Source: Octopus sinensis (taxonomy: Eukaryota). From it: a stretch of 64,000 nucleotides of DNA. Shown here piece after piece: positions 39,511-52,660 of this stretch. Position 1 is the first letter of the stretch, and every line of letters begins with the position of its first letter. A model generated the notes under the pieces. The model saw nothing but the letters and a program-made list of their open reading frames with translations. It ran no database searches and was not told the origin of the DNA. The stretch spans positions 45,136,001 to 45,200,000 of the forward strand of contig NC_043001.1 in assembly GCF_006345805.1 (NCBI RefSeq), in the 5' to 3' direction. A program made the position numbers and the translations under genes.

Positions 39511-40310
39511 ATATATAATGTATGTATGTGTGTGTAGATATATGAGTAACCAATAGCTTTTTTTATTTCAACAAATCTAGCATCATTAGCAACAATGTTC
39601 TTTCCTACAATCTAAACAGCTGAGATCCCCACCCATTGACCTTGCAATGTTGCCTGTATGTAAACTTCTTATCACAATAGAAGGTGGAGAAGAGAGAAAG
39701 AAAAAGGAGGACACACAACATACTAACCACAACCACCACATTATCAATCCTTTATTATTCCAAGTAACCAGAAGATGAGAAACACATTTACTTTTCTGTT
39801 AGTCCCAGTCTTAGAGACCAAATGTACCAAATTCTACTCCTCCTCACCCTTTTCACCAATCCACCCACACAATATTTCCCCCCCACGCCATCTTTTCCCC
39901 ACCTCTTTTGTTTCCTCATCCTCAAATGTGCACTTAAACATAACCTAAATCCTCCAGCCAAAGTAGGGAGGAGGAGAAAGGAGCATCTCTGTGGTCGTTT
40001 AACCCAAGGCCTTCGTTGATTCTGCAAGACTTATTGCCGACTTTCTATATATGATCAGCCTATCTTTCTTTTATGGTAGAGCATGTGTGTGATGGGCAGG
40101 ACATAGTGGTTAACCAGCGTTTTACTTCTTTCCATTTTAGATATAAAGTGTGACATGAGAAAATTTTGGTAGCTATTTCTAGCAGGCTAAATAACCTTTA
40201 AGAAGTTTCCTCATTGGTTTGTCCTTATGTGGTGATTTGGCCCACTATAAATGGTAGCTAAATCTTTTTAAAATCTCACTCTAAGGAAAGGAGACATTAT
40301 ATGATTTAAT

Positions 40311-40721
40311 CAGTGCTAGATTAACCATTAAGTAAAATAAGCATGTGTTTAGGGCAACAAAGGAAGGAGGGGGCACCACAGAAATAGTAAATAGTTTACA
40401 GCACAAAAGAAATCACTTTAAACTTGCAAAAATAATTTTTCGGGGTGCCTTTATCTCTACTAAGTATAGATGGAGATGTGTTTAATTTTGATTAAAGACT
40501 TTGCAATTCAAAAAAGTAGGAAGAAACTTTTCAAATATAAATAAAGTGGAAGTATACAAAAATAAACATTATTTTCCCTCTTACTGTTTTGTTTTGTTTT
40601 GAAAAATAAAAATTTATTTTATGTCTTGTTATTGTTTATATTTTGGATTACATAGTCTTTAATGGGGGCACCAAAATATTTTTAAGTGCTTAGGACTTCG
40701 ATAGGTCTGAATATAGCTCTG
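40311..40721. mobile_element. hAT-type MITE
   Basis: Imperfect TIRs CAGTGCTAGATTA and GAATATAGCTCTG; flanking 8-mers GATTTAAT and GACATAAT (6/8 match) fit a decayed 8-bp TSD. Confidence 0.55.
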
Positions 40722-41167
40722 GACATAATACTAAATAATAAGTTGGAGGAAAAAAATAGAGATGGAAAGATAATGTAACATCTTTCATTACTCGTCTACT
40801 CAGAACAAAATGCTTACAGTAGATTCAAAACCATCACCTATGAGCATGCAGTTCAGTACTTCATTCATTTGGTTATTTTTGCCTCCTCTACTCTAACAAT
40901 ATTCAACAAGTCATCCCATCCATAAACTAAGACTAATATTTGAAAGAAAAAAAAAAGACAAAATATAAAACATCTATAAAACAGTTTGTTCAAAATATTA
41001 CTTTCTGCTACAACAGAAACTTGGGTGAGGGAGTGGAAAAGAAAGACAGATGTTCACTTACAAAGTTTACAAAATGTCTACTTATTAATCATGTTTATAA
41101 AAGCCTTTGGTTTTTTGAGTTACAAGTAATTTATTGGCAATGGTTACAGTTGATTGGGTTAACTCAC

Positions 41168-41343
41168 AGTATATGACTGTTACTTATTTTATCAACCATG
41201 GAGGAATCGAAAAGCAAAGGTGAGCCTGACGGGGACCTGTACTCGGACCGTTGAAGTACATGACTGATATTTGTTTCATTATCATAGAAAAGAGTAAGCC
41301 AGGCATCAGTGACCATGATTTGTCTCAGATCACGAAGGGACAT
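41168..41343 (-). CDS. Probable alternative first coding exon: MSLRDLRQIMVTDAWLTLFYDNETNISHVLQRSEYRSPSGSPLLFDSSMVDKISNSHI(L)
   Basis: GC- and CpG-richer open frame from ATG 41343 to a consensus donor CT|GTGAGT at 41168/41167 (phase 2). There is an in-frame stop upstream and no good acceptor; the other two frames are closed near the donor. Confidence 0.55.
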
Positions 41344-41809
41344 AACTCTTATTTTTTTACTTTCGTCTTTTGTGCAAGTATCAAGTGACAATTAAATGAT
41401 ATTGCCTCGTATCCTAATTTCTATTAACCTTTTTTTTTTATCTCTTTATACATATCTTATTTACAAACCTTCAGAGATCATGACTTGTAGGTTGAGAGCA
41501 AATATAAATAACAGTGTAGCAAATAAACAATACACAAAGAGAATTCAATCTAGCATGTGTGTGTATATGTGTGTGTGTGTGTATGTACGACACACACACA
41601 CACACACATACACACACGTACTCAGAGTAAACTAAGTGTTCACGCATGTATGATCAAGATACAAGTTATATATATTCAACTAACAGGTTAAAATATCATT
41701 GGATGGTAGTATTTAATAACGAACAGTAGCAACATTGATGAGAATACAATGTAATTGTACAACCAGATCAATTACACAAAGAAGTTGATTGATTGTGTGT
41801 GTGTGCATG

Positions 41810-41846
<37 letters not shown>

Positions 41847-42529
41847 TTGCTTATGTGTATGTGAAGCAGTTATAAGGGCAGCAAAAATATCCTGTTTGTC
41901 ATATAATACTTCAACCAAGAATATGTGTGTACGTGTGCATAAATAGATGTAGCTATTCATATGGATGTGCATTAACATGCACGTGTGAGTGTATGTGTGT
42001 GCATGCATGTATGTATTCAGTTATATGTGTATGCATGTGTATATGTGTGTTTGCATATATATGTGTTTATATATTCAGAAATATATTACTATATAGATGC
42101 ATCAGTACATGTTTGTGAACACGTGTTTCTTTATATGTGCAAAGGAATATTAAAGTGTATGTTTGGGACAAAACAGACGTTAAACGATGATGATGATAAT
42201 GATGATGATGATGATAGACATTAATTTAGGGTCACCTGCTCATTGATTAAATTGCTTCTGATCCACACATACTCACATATTGTAAGTATTAACAAATGAT
42301 GGGGTTTAATAGTGAAGATGTTCTAACATTAGTATTAATTACAGACAGAAGAGGGAAATATATCAGATACTCACAGTGCAGGGAATCAGGTAATTATTAC
42401 AGCATTTCATTGTTTGCATAAGAGTAAGACAGACATATCTAGGCTAATAAGTTAGCATTAAGGTTTCAGAAAAAGGAAGGGAACTTAAAAACAATCAAAG
42501 TAATATGCATATATATATATATATATATA

Positions 42530-43100
42530 CTAGCAGCTAAGCCCATTTTCACCCGGTTAGTTTGGATGATGTGCCTGTAAAACCTGCTCTGTGTAAGTAT
42601 TCAACTTCTTTGGGCACAATTACGTTAAAAAAACAATTTTAGAATGAGTTTTTTCTGTCAAAACACTAAAATTAACTGACCAACAAAAACGCAAAAAAAC
42701 CAACCAAGATTCAGATTCAACCAAATCAAAAAATAAATCCCAATACTAAGCGAACAAAGATGAACCATCCTGCTTCCATTGCGTGCGCACACACAAACGT
42801 TCACAGAAACCCCTTTTACTTACACACACATATTCACTCAGAGCTGAAAGGCTGTTTGATTTATTTTCTTCAGCATACAATTTTCATTATCCCACTTCCA
42901 AGTATGACATCACCCCTTCCTTCCTTATTCATCTATCACCCCTTCCTTTCTCATTCATAAACACAAGAGTATTATTATAGTAGATTATCTCAGTAACCAT
43001 GGGAGCTATGAAAAAATAGCCCAGCAACACCACCGGATCATTCTACACATCTGTGTAATTTTTCACACAATTCCACCAAGCCATTTGACCGTAAATCCCA
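42530..43100 (-). mobile_element. Non-autonomous Helitron-like element
   Basis: On the minus strand it ends in an imperfect GC hairpin (CCGGGTGAAAATGGGC) then GCTGCTAG|T inside a (TA)n tract. A|TCTACTA 5'-type terminus at 42984; further Helitron-like sequence to ~43100. Confidence 0.55.
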
Positions 43101-43109
43101 AGACAAGAA

Positions 43110-43856
43110 AGAATTGTTCATCTCATGAAACGAAAAAACATATACAGAACTTCATGCACCGCATGCCGTTCTCTGGATATGATCAGAAAGATAGGGCTCA
43201 AGTATACAGGGGGGCTAGAAAGAAATTAGACAACATTATACGTAATGATATCAGTGGTACCTACCCTAGATATAGAAACAAAGAATGGAATAGGATACAA
43301 AGAATTTGTGACAAAGCAGACATGGTGAACACATGGTATAAAACTGACAAATATCAAGGAGTGATGTTTGTATAGGCCACAGCCCATGGAGAATTAGCTC
43401 GTAGATTTAGAAAAGCACTGAAGAAGGACCAAACTCAACATTAAGATTGTTGAAAAGCCAGGGACCTCCATCAGATCACAACTATGTAGGACATACCTCT
43501 GTGAGAATACCATATGCACCAATGATAACTGCATGGTATGTAGGATATGCCCTAGCATTAACTGTAGAACTCGAAATATAGTTTACAGTATAAGATGCAT
43601 AGAAGGCGCTTGTAAAGACATGAACATGACGTACATGGGGGAGACATCTAAGAGAATTGCAGAACAACTAAATGAACATATGACAACAAAAAACAGTCCT
43701 CCATACTCTACTGCCAAAGAACACCATGGAGGCAATTTGGGTCAACTTGACATCCACATCTTATCCAAGCACCCAAAAGACCCAACACTCACACAAATAC
43801 GGGAGTATGTCCTTATAAATGAAACTTCTCCAATACTAAATGGGAAATATGCTTAG
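43110..43856 (+). mobile_element. Penelope-like element fragment: RT C-terminal region, Cys-rich linker and GIY-YIG endonuclease; pseudogenised
   Basis: FMHRMPFSGY...WYKTDKYQGVMFV*ATAHGELARR (stop at 43373, then a frameshift) LNIKIVEKPGTSIRSQLCRTYLCENTICTNDNCMVCRICPSINCRTRNIVYSIRC...YMGETSKRIAEQLNEH...REYVLINETSPILN. The VY.I.C / Y.GET.+...R..EH pattern is the PLE GIY-YIG signature. Confidence 0.85.
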
Positions 43857-45101
43857 TAGATATCATACCCCCATACCCACAGTTTACACAAGTAGAGTTG
43901 AATAGTTATTGGGCAGTTATGTAGATAGGTGTGTGTGTGGGGGTATATATGTGTATAAGCACATGTATGTAAGCATATGGATATGTAAATAAACAGATCA
44001 ACATACAGACGGATAAGTAAATAGTTTTATATTAACAGATAAGAACACATACACAAATGGAGACTGAAACACATGACCATATATACACACACTACTTCAC
44101 ACAAGGACACATATGGAGACATGTGACCACACATATGGAGATGCACATCCATACATACAAACATGGTACACAGTTGCAAAACACACACACACACACACAC
44201 AAGGAGACAGAGGTGCATATATATATATATATACAAACACACGCACACATACATACATAAAAAATACACAAACATGGACATGCAAGCACATGAATATGTA
44301 GAATACAAACATACAGATGCACATACATACATACATATGCATACACACACATGCATACATACATATTTGTTTACAACTCATATGGTATATCAAGGCAAAA
44401 CAGCCCAACCACACACACACACACACACAATAGGCTTCTTTCAGTTTTCATCAACCAAATTCACTTACAAGGTTTTGGTCAGTCTGTGGCTATACTAGAA
44501 GACACTTGTCCAAGATGTCTCATAGTGCAGAGACTGAACCTGAAACCAAGTGGTTGTAAAGCAAACTTCTTACCACACAACATCTACACCTATTCCCACA
44601 GTCAACAATATAAAACTAAACAAAATGTACTTTATATTGAAAAATCTTTTATCACCAAAGATTAAGTGCATTAGCTCCCAAAATTGTAATCTTTATTTAG
44701 TGGAAAATTCCTCGGACCCAAGTATCTGTATACAAAGCTACTTCATACAATACAGTCACAACCACCTTTTGCTTTTAAATTTTTTGTTTTAAGTAGTTTA
44801 AAATATCTTTTTGGCTTTATAGGCACTTAAGAATTTAGTGCCAGCATTGTTTTCATCACTGGCTTAGTAAAAATTTGCATAGCATGACATTTTTGTATTA
44901 CAAATCAGAAGGAATATTTGCTATCAAGATGTACAACTTATATATATATATTTGCTAATTTAGTAGTCTGTGTTCTTTATTTAAAATAAGTGACTTGAAC
45001 AAGAAAAAAAAAAGCAAAAGATTTCTTTGTTTCAAATAAAGTTGAGAACTTGCAAATGCAGTATATAATATATTTTCATCTCAACACAGGTAAATGTTTA
45101 A

Positions 45102-45273
45102 CTCTTTAGTATTCAAACCGGCCAGATCTGGCCTCTAACACCTACCCTACAATGTCATTCTAAAAATATACAATCACATTATTGAAATTTCAAAGCTAAG
45201 AGATAAGGCTTAATTGAAAACCATGTGGATAAATAGGCATTACATTTGATAGAGTGATCTGAAAACTAAAGAG
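45102..45273. mobile_element. piggyBac-type MITE, copy 2 (opposite orientation, shorter)
   Basis: TTAA-CTCTTTAGTATTC...GAAAACTAAAGAG-TTGA; interior matches the reverse complement of copy 1 (GGCCTCTAACACCTAC, TACATTTGA.AGAGT.ATCTGAA). Confidence 0.7.
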
Positions 45274-46655
45274 TTGAACATTAAAAGAAAAAAACTACTG
45301 AAAATTGAAGGATATTCTAATAACGAAATTTTAAGAGTAATATTGAAAAACATTTGGATTGTACATAGAGCATCTTGGAAAGTAATACTGAAAAATTATT
45401 TGTGTTAATGAAGTAATTTGCTGTACCAAGCAAAATCTGCACATTATTTAAAATCTGGAATTATTTTTGAATAGTTAATTCTTCCTTATTAATTTCTCTA
45501 GACTAAGGTGCAGTCATATTGACCTTTGTATAGTATTTGTGCTTATGTTATAGACTCATAAGGGATGAAAGGCAAAGTTGAATGTAGCAGGATTTGAACT
45601 CGGAGTGATTGCAGTCTTTTCCCTTGACACCTTATCTGTTAATTCACTGATGTAATTCATTCAAATATTTATCAAACAAGAGATTGGATAGATGAATAAT
45701 GAAAAACGTTTTTGAGGGAATTATTAATATATATTCATAAGTGCAATTATTTTTTTTCCTTTTTGCTAATTAACAAAAGCACATAGTCAATAAAATGGTT
45801 ACATGGATGCCAAAATATTACTAATAGTTATTTTGTTCAACTCAAAATAAACCTGGCGATTTTTGAATTCCAAATTGGGAAAAACTAAAACAAAACACCC
45901 AAAAAAAGGGGTGCATTTTATATGGTGCTCTATTGTTTTAGCTACCTCAACTATATGAGATCTTAGGAATAACCAAACTAATGTAGAACTAACTAGAGAA
46001 CAGTAAGAGTTAGGAGAGTGACAAGTATATGAATACCAAATATTGTTAGGGCAAAATTTGAAGACTTTTCAAGTAGTGCATCGAGAAATTCAACTTTGTA
46101 TAACACATCTCCCTTCAAGCTAATCTCAAGTTGTGAATTATAGTACTACCATACCCATATGGTACCAGTTCACAATGAGATGCTTCAGGGCCATTTGAAA
46201 TTTAAGAGTTTATGAATGATTGTCTCTTACAGTCGGCTAACAGCAGCTCTTTGTCAAGGTTATTACTGACATAAGTGATGCTGAATGGCTTAAACCAGAA
46301 ATTGAAACTCATCTTACTGGGAGCTGACTGCTTATTATTGCTTATCAATCAAATCAGAAATAAATAAGTAGGGCATTTGGAATAAAACATTAACAACTTT
46401 TGATATAACAATGTATATGAAATGATTCCAATTAGAAGAGATTCAAGTAGGGTTGTTGGATCAGTTCACATAAAACTTACAATAGCATTATGGGATATAT
46501 CAATATTCATTAACATAAAAAAACTATAGGTTATCAAAAATAATAGTAGATTACTGTTTACTAATTAAACTATCATCACAAAATAAATACAAACAATAAT
46601 ATAAGCATCTCCCCTTAAAAACAAAAATAAAGTTGAAATTCTAAAGGAATCTTAC

Positions 46656-46819
46656 TCGTTGGTTTCTCCGGAGCTGGTTTCTGCAAACCCCAAATAGGTA
46701 TGTCTCCTCCACTTTGTACTTTCTTGTACAAGACGCTATTATCACAGATTTCATTGTCATCATTTGTGCCGTTCTTTGTTGCGTGGAGATTCAAAGATTT
46801 CCCTCTTCCTCCAGTTGTG
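46656..46819 (-). CDS. Internal coding exon (164 nt, phase 2 to phase 1): TTGGRGKSLNLHATKNGTNDDNEICDNSVLYKKVQSGGDIPIWGLQKPAPEKPT
   Basis: Strong acceptor TTTTTTATCTTCAATTTTAG and donor A|GTAAGA bracket an open, GC-richer frame. LYKKVQSGGDIPIWGLQKPAPEKP resembles the Y..IQ.GG(D/E)IP..GL.KPAPE.P motif I recall from invertebrate CAP/SORBS proteins. Confidence 0.8.
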
Positions 46820-48343
46820 CTAAAATTGAAGATAAAAAAAAAGAAACTTACTAATGTTGGTTTACCTATTTTTAATACCAACCCAGCCAAAACAACCTAC
46901 AATCAAGTGTTTATACTTAAATTAAAATCTCAATCAAAATTGTATAATAACATGAATAATAATATGTTAGTCAACAACAGCCATAATGAATATATAAAGT
47001 TACACAAATTTTCACAAACTTTGATTACAATAAAAAAAAAATTGAAACACTTTGGTAGTCTATGCATTGGAAATATAATGGTTAAGTAAGAAATTTTAAA
47101 TGGAAAAAAATTACAGCCATGGTAAGAAACAAAGGATCATCAGCTTAATTATTAATCCTGGTCATGAAAAAAGGAGACAACACAAAATTTTAGTTAAAAT
47201 TATTTAGAAACAGAATGGTATGGAAGTATACTTTGGGAAGTTAATCTAATTTTGGATGTACAGTAACATAGCTAGATATGTTCACATGTCAGTCTTATTA
47301 GAACTCCTCAGTGAAGTATATCCTTTACTTGTACAACCAAAGATCAATCACATGATGGAGAGTTATAGGAATTCTTAGTGAACAATTAGTTGGGATGATA
47401 ATTTAGATATAGTCACAAAAGAGTTATCAGACTCTCAACCAGTGTTGCACTTTATTGATTTTTTTAATTAAAGCTAAGGCTGTGTTTGAGGGGTGAGAAT
47501 AGTATTGGAAATAGAATCAACCAATTATTAATACTTATTGATAAATCTATTACTGATACAGTTACTTATTTCTTTGAGCAATTTTTTTAGGATGTGGGTG
47601 ATATAGTTAATGAAATCAATAAATCAGTGTTTTTATTTCATCAAACCCAGAGGAATTGATGAAAGAACATAATAAGACTTTAGAATTCCAGAAATCCCAT
47701 GTTAATCTTTTTCAAAGTACACAAAAATAATCAACAAGTTGGAGCTTATAAGAATATATATTTTCTTCAGCATTAAGAAGATGAAAGATAAGTCTCCTCC
47801 TGGATAAGAGTTTAGTCTGGGTATCTTTCTAAATTCAGGATTGCAAGGGAACAAATCACTCATGAATTCTACAGTACTGTTGTTGCTATTGCTGCCTGCA
47901 GTAATTAACTATATTTTCTACACTATCTGCTGTGCTAGTTTAAAATTAGGTGAAGTCAACTGTTAATAGTTAAGTGTCTTGACTACCAACAGTGCTGGTG
48001 ATAGGAGATGAACCACTGCCCTTTGGTTTTACACTATCCAAAATGACTTGGTTACCTTCCTTCTTTAAAGGTAGACCAGAAGTAATATGCTTCAATTAAC
48101 ATACAAAACTATGGAATGCTCAGGCTAGTATCTCTTTGATTATAGAGCCTGCTCAATCAACCACTCATTTAACCAATGATGATGATGATGACAATGACTG
48201 TATTGTTTACAAATTAAAATATTAGAAAAATTTTAAAAAATTGAAATATAAAGTATATTTCCCCTCTTTTAACTATCTCTAAGAGGCACCAAAAGTATTA
48301 GGTCATGTGTTTGAGGAGATTGTTTACTAATTAAAATATTACC

Positions 48344-48377
<34 letters not shown>

Positions 48378-48386
48378 ATAATATAT

Positions 48387-48808
48387 TCTCTCTTTTTCTT
48401 TTACTCTCTTTTAGTTGTTTCAGTCATTTGACTGCGGCCATGCTGGAGCACCGCCTTAAGTTGAGCAAATCGACCCCAGGATTTATTCTTTGTAAGCCCA
48501 GTACTTATTCTATCGGTCTCTTTTGCCGAACCGCTAAGTGACGGGGACGTAAACACACCAGCATCGGTTGTCAAGCAATGCTAGGGGGACAAACGCAGAC
48601 ACACAAACACACACACACATACATATATATATATACATATATACGACAGGCTTCTTTCAGTTTCCGTCTACCAAATCCACTCACAAGGCATTGGTCGGCC
48701 CGGGGCTATAGCAGAAGACACTTGCCCAAGATGCCACGCAGTGGTACTGAACCCGCAACCATGTGGTTGGTTAGCAAGCTACTTACCACACAGCCACTCC
48801 TGCGCCTA
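48387..48808 (-). mobile_element. Young composite tRNA-derived SINE with an internal (CA)/(TA) microsatellite
   Basis: Minus-strand head AGGCGCAGGAGTGGCTGTGTGGTAAG...GGGTTCAGTACC, body CTTGGGCAAGTGTCTTCTGCTATAG, tail GGTGCTCCAGCATGGCCGCAGTC...AAAAGAG. Partial relatives at ~8690-8890, 13975-14110, 37060-37230, 44410-44580, 50890-51075, 52890-53100, 60480-60550. Confidence 0.85.
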
Positions 48809-51093
48809 TATATATATGTATATAAACATAATACTTTTTCCTTTGGCATTCTTTAAAAACAAATTACATTACATAAGACTGTATTGGCACATAATTATTT
48901 TTGTTATAGTCTGTTAAGATATTCTTAGAGTTTTTATATCATATGAAGGAGCCATATATTCTAACTGGAGAAGAACAACATTATGCAACACATCCTCTGA
49001 CTAAATGAAAAATTAGAATACCTTAACTTCTCTTTTCCCAAACTCCAAGGAATCTTGACATATTGATGCAAAAAAAAAACATATTTATCATACATCATAT
49101 ATGATGTTTCATGTAGAAATATAGAAAAATAATTTTTGTCATAAATAATTATGATAATATCTAAAGGCTTAGACATCAAAGTGATAATACTGATGTTCAC
49201 TGGCTAAGAATTTTGTATTTTCAATCCATACCAGCATGGAAACAGATACCCTCTCTATGTAGTTGATCAACCATTTAAAAAATATCAGTCAAATCTCCCT
49301 GAAATTATAGCTTACTATTGTATAAAAGGAAGGACTCATTAAATATTGTTTGTAGTCTTGAATATGCAAGCAAAAAATGGGATTGGTTACAGCTGAAATG
49401 CCTTTGATTATATAAATTTAACTATAGGTATATAAACTTTTCCTAATAAGAAATATTGACAGCCTATGTCAAAATTTCAAACAGGTTAATATTCTTAATA
49501 TTCTAGGAGAAAGCAATGAAGATGAAAATGAATACACAGAAAAAAATGGCAACATAGAAATGATACCATCCTACCAATCTACCACTGTGAAACCATTGCA
49601 AATTCCAATCTATACATAATATAATCAGTGAAAACAACAGAAATATTGATTATGTGGCTTAAATAATTGAGAGAAATTTTCCAACCAACATCAAATAGAT
49701 TGGTTACATTCAATAATTCTGGTAAGGCTGGCGCTTTTTGGTCTTTATGGATGAATCAAATAGACTTTGGGAACAGTGATGCACAGATTAGATAGACATT
49801 CTGAATATTGATGCATGGATAGCAGAAGAAATGTCTGAACACAATCAGTATGACTGCAATGCGTACAGCTTTTGCACATCTGCAAGCCAGAAAGACCATA
49901 CACTATCATTTAATACTACATTGATTTATTATCATCATTATCACCAGATACAATGCTGACAAAATAAGAACCAGTGAAATACAGAAGGGTTGATTCAATT
50001 AACTGTACAATGCAAAATCTATCAATAAAAATGATGATGACGATGATAATTCTTTCTACTGGAAGTACAAGGCCTCAAATTTTGGGGAAGGGATTAAGTC
50101 GATTATATCGACCCCAGTGTGTAACTTATTTAATTGACCCTAAAAGGATGAATTTCATCCAGCGTGCTGATGATTCTACCAGCTTGCTGTCTTAATAATA
50201 ATAATAATAATGATAGACAGTAGGAAATACAAACAATAACATAAGAGCTACAGCTCAAACTAAAGAAGAATCTAAAGGCAAAAATAATAATGGCGCTTCC
50301 AATAAGAAAGGGACAACTGGTGCCAGCGATTTAAGTGTGAGAAAGAGAGAGAAAGAAAAAGTGAGTGAGTGAGTGAGAGAGAGAGAGAGAGAGAGAATAC
50401 TGAAGTGTCTTAAAATGATCCTACATAAAGAGAAAGTGACATAGTGCATTGTCTACCATAGACAGATTGTAATAAAATTCATTACAAAATTTTGTCATTA
50501 AAATTGTTTCTGCAGCAATAAGAGTGGCCACTTCATCAGAGAGCTAAATTTGCAAAATAACTGTCAGAAAATACATAACCAAAGAATATTGATATAATAA
50601 GAATTAATTATCAAAGGGAAAAGAAAGCAAAAAAAAAAGAAAGAAAAAAATGAAAAATATTCCAATCACTATGTCTGTATTTCTGATGCTAGAGTTACGA
50701 CTTAGCAGCAGCAGAAATAAAAAACCATTGCTCATAAAGGGTCATGTGTGAGTTTGTATGTGTGTATACATATATGGTAGTGGATCATTGTTCTTCAAGA
50801 AGTTGGATTCGGTTGTTCAGTTGAGTTACTTACTCCTGAATTAACTTGTAAATAGCTGAGCATTCCACTAACATGTGTATCATTTAACAGAAATCTCTGT
50901 CAAAATCCATGTGAAACTGTGACAAAGCTGTAGATTTTGAATTACTAGTACATTTTTGCTCACAAGATAAATGTTAATCAAGGCTATAGAAAGTGACATT
51001 TGCCCAAAACGACACACAGTGGGATCAAACCTGAGACTTTGATTATGAAGCAAACTTAAGTATTTGGCCACACTGTTCTACTCTGTTTGTCAT

Positions 51094-51528
51094 CATCTGA
51101 ACGTGGCAGATGCCAGCGCCGCCTAGGCTGGCTTCCGTGCCGGTGGCACGTAGAAAGCACTATCCGAATCGTGGCCGATGCCAGTGCTGCCTTGACTGGC
51201 TTCTGTGCTGGTGGCATGTAAAAAGCACCATCTGAATCGTAGCCGATGCCAGCGCCGCCTTGACTGGCTTCCGTGCTGGTGGCACGTAAAATGCACCAAT
51301 CCGATCATGGCCGCTGCCAGCCTTGTCTGGCACCTGTGCAGGTGGCACGTAAAAAGCACCCACTACACTCACAGAGTGGTTGGCGTTAGGAAGGGCATCC
51401 AGCTGTAGAAACACTGCCAGATCAGACTGGAGCCTGGTGCAGCCTTCTGGCTTCCCAGATCCCCGGTCGAACCGTCCAACCCATGCTAGCATGGAGAACG
51501 GACGTTAAACGATGATGATGATGATGAT
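51094..51528 (+). mobile_element. 5'-truncated SINE-like element with four internal ~68-bp tandem units and a (GAT)n tail
   Basis: Units start at 51104, 51172, 51240, 51308, followed by GAGTGGTTGGCGTTAGGAAGGGCATCCAGCTGTAGAAA (RTE-like tail motif) and CCATGCTAGCATGGAGAACGGACGTTAAACGATGATG. Confidence 0.85.
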
Positions 51529-51912
51529 TTAGTGTCTGATTTCCAAGCTGGCATGGGTTAGACATACAAACATACTTGCATATATACACATTTACACTTA
51601 AATCTTTTCAAAATGTCAATTAACACTAGAAGCACCAATAGTTTTTCATAACTTTCAAGGACCAAACAACCATTTGAAGTATGGTTTTCATACTTTAAAT
51701 TTAATTGATTCTAGAAAAAATAAGGCTAATTTAGAAGGCAAAAACCTTCAAATTGTTTTGATAAGTTAACACTGAAGTAAATGTTAAAACCTACTGAGAT
51801 GATCCTAAAACCTGATTTCAATTCTAAAGTCAGAAATATTGCAGTGTTTATATACTGCAAAATTCAGAGAGGGGCATTCACAAACAAGTAGGTAGGAAAA
51901 TAAACAAGTAAT

Positions 51913-52185
51913 ACAGGGTGTTCAAAAAGTCCCTCTGCAGGGGATGCTTTTCATCTTGTGCATCACCATGATGCTACTTCAAGAGTTTTTCAGTAAACAG
52001 ATTATTTTGAAGGGACTTTGGCTACCAAGATCACCCGATTTAACACCGCCAGACATTTTTTTTCTGGGAAGTAAGTAAAAGATCAGTGTACAGGAATCAC
52101 CTGAAAACCATTAAATAGTTACTGCAGTAACAAGAGACTCTCTGTGTAGTTATTCAAAATGTTAGAAATGGTAGCCAAATATCTC
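51913..52185 (+). mobile_element. Internally deleted Tc1/mariner transposon remnant
   Basis: TA-CAGGGTGTTCAAAAAGTCCC terminus, followed by a frame reading LQEFFSKQIILKGLWLPRSPDLTPPDIFFLG, the WPPRSPDLTPLDFFLWG catalytic-region motif. Confidence 0.75.
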
Positions 52186-52399
52186 TCAGATCAAGCCCCC
52201 CCCCCCCAACAGTTTTACAAAACAGAGGGACACACTGGACGATGTGGTCCTAGATACATTGCACCTTAATAGAAGGTGGGACGTTTCCAACTGGAATAAC
52301 TTAGTCATAAGCCTGTGCAAATAGAACTGACTCAGGACTAAACAAGTAGTGGTAGTAGTAATAGTAGTAGTTGGAGGAGGAGGAGGCTGGAAGAAAACA

Positions 52400-52660
52400 G
52401 GGTTGAAACAGGATCTCAGGTCTGATATCAAGAAGAATTCTATTTGCTGAGAGAGTGGTATGTATGTAACTTGAAGACCCAACACATTCAACATGCCATT
52501 GGTTGTAGTGGCAAGAGTTAAAAGTTCACAGAGAGGTCTGCTGTCATGAAGAGTTTGAGATAAATGTTTCATAGTTTATCAATGAAGAATAACTGTTTAC
52601 AAGACTTGAAGGATGGGCTTTTTCAAGTGATGGAACATTTTGTTTATCTAGATGACATTC
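52400..52660 (+). mobile_element. Possible RTE-like RT relic
   Basis: CTATTTGCTGAGAG (decayed LFADD) and FQVMEHFVYL (VE.F.YLG-like). Confidence 0.3.

Noticed and set aside
39788-40027. GC-richer ORFs on both strands
   Set aside because: Weak splice signals and low-complexity C/T-rich sequence; no recognisable motif.
51104-51360. Regularly spaced direct repeats as a possible CRISPR array
   Set aside because: Units are contiguous tandem copies with no unique spacers, inside a SINE, in eukaryotic DNA with no cas genes.
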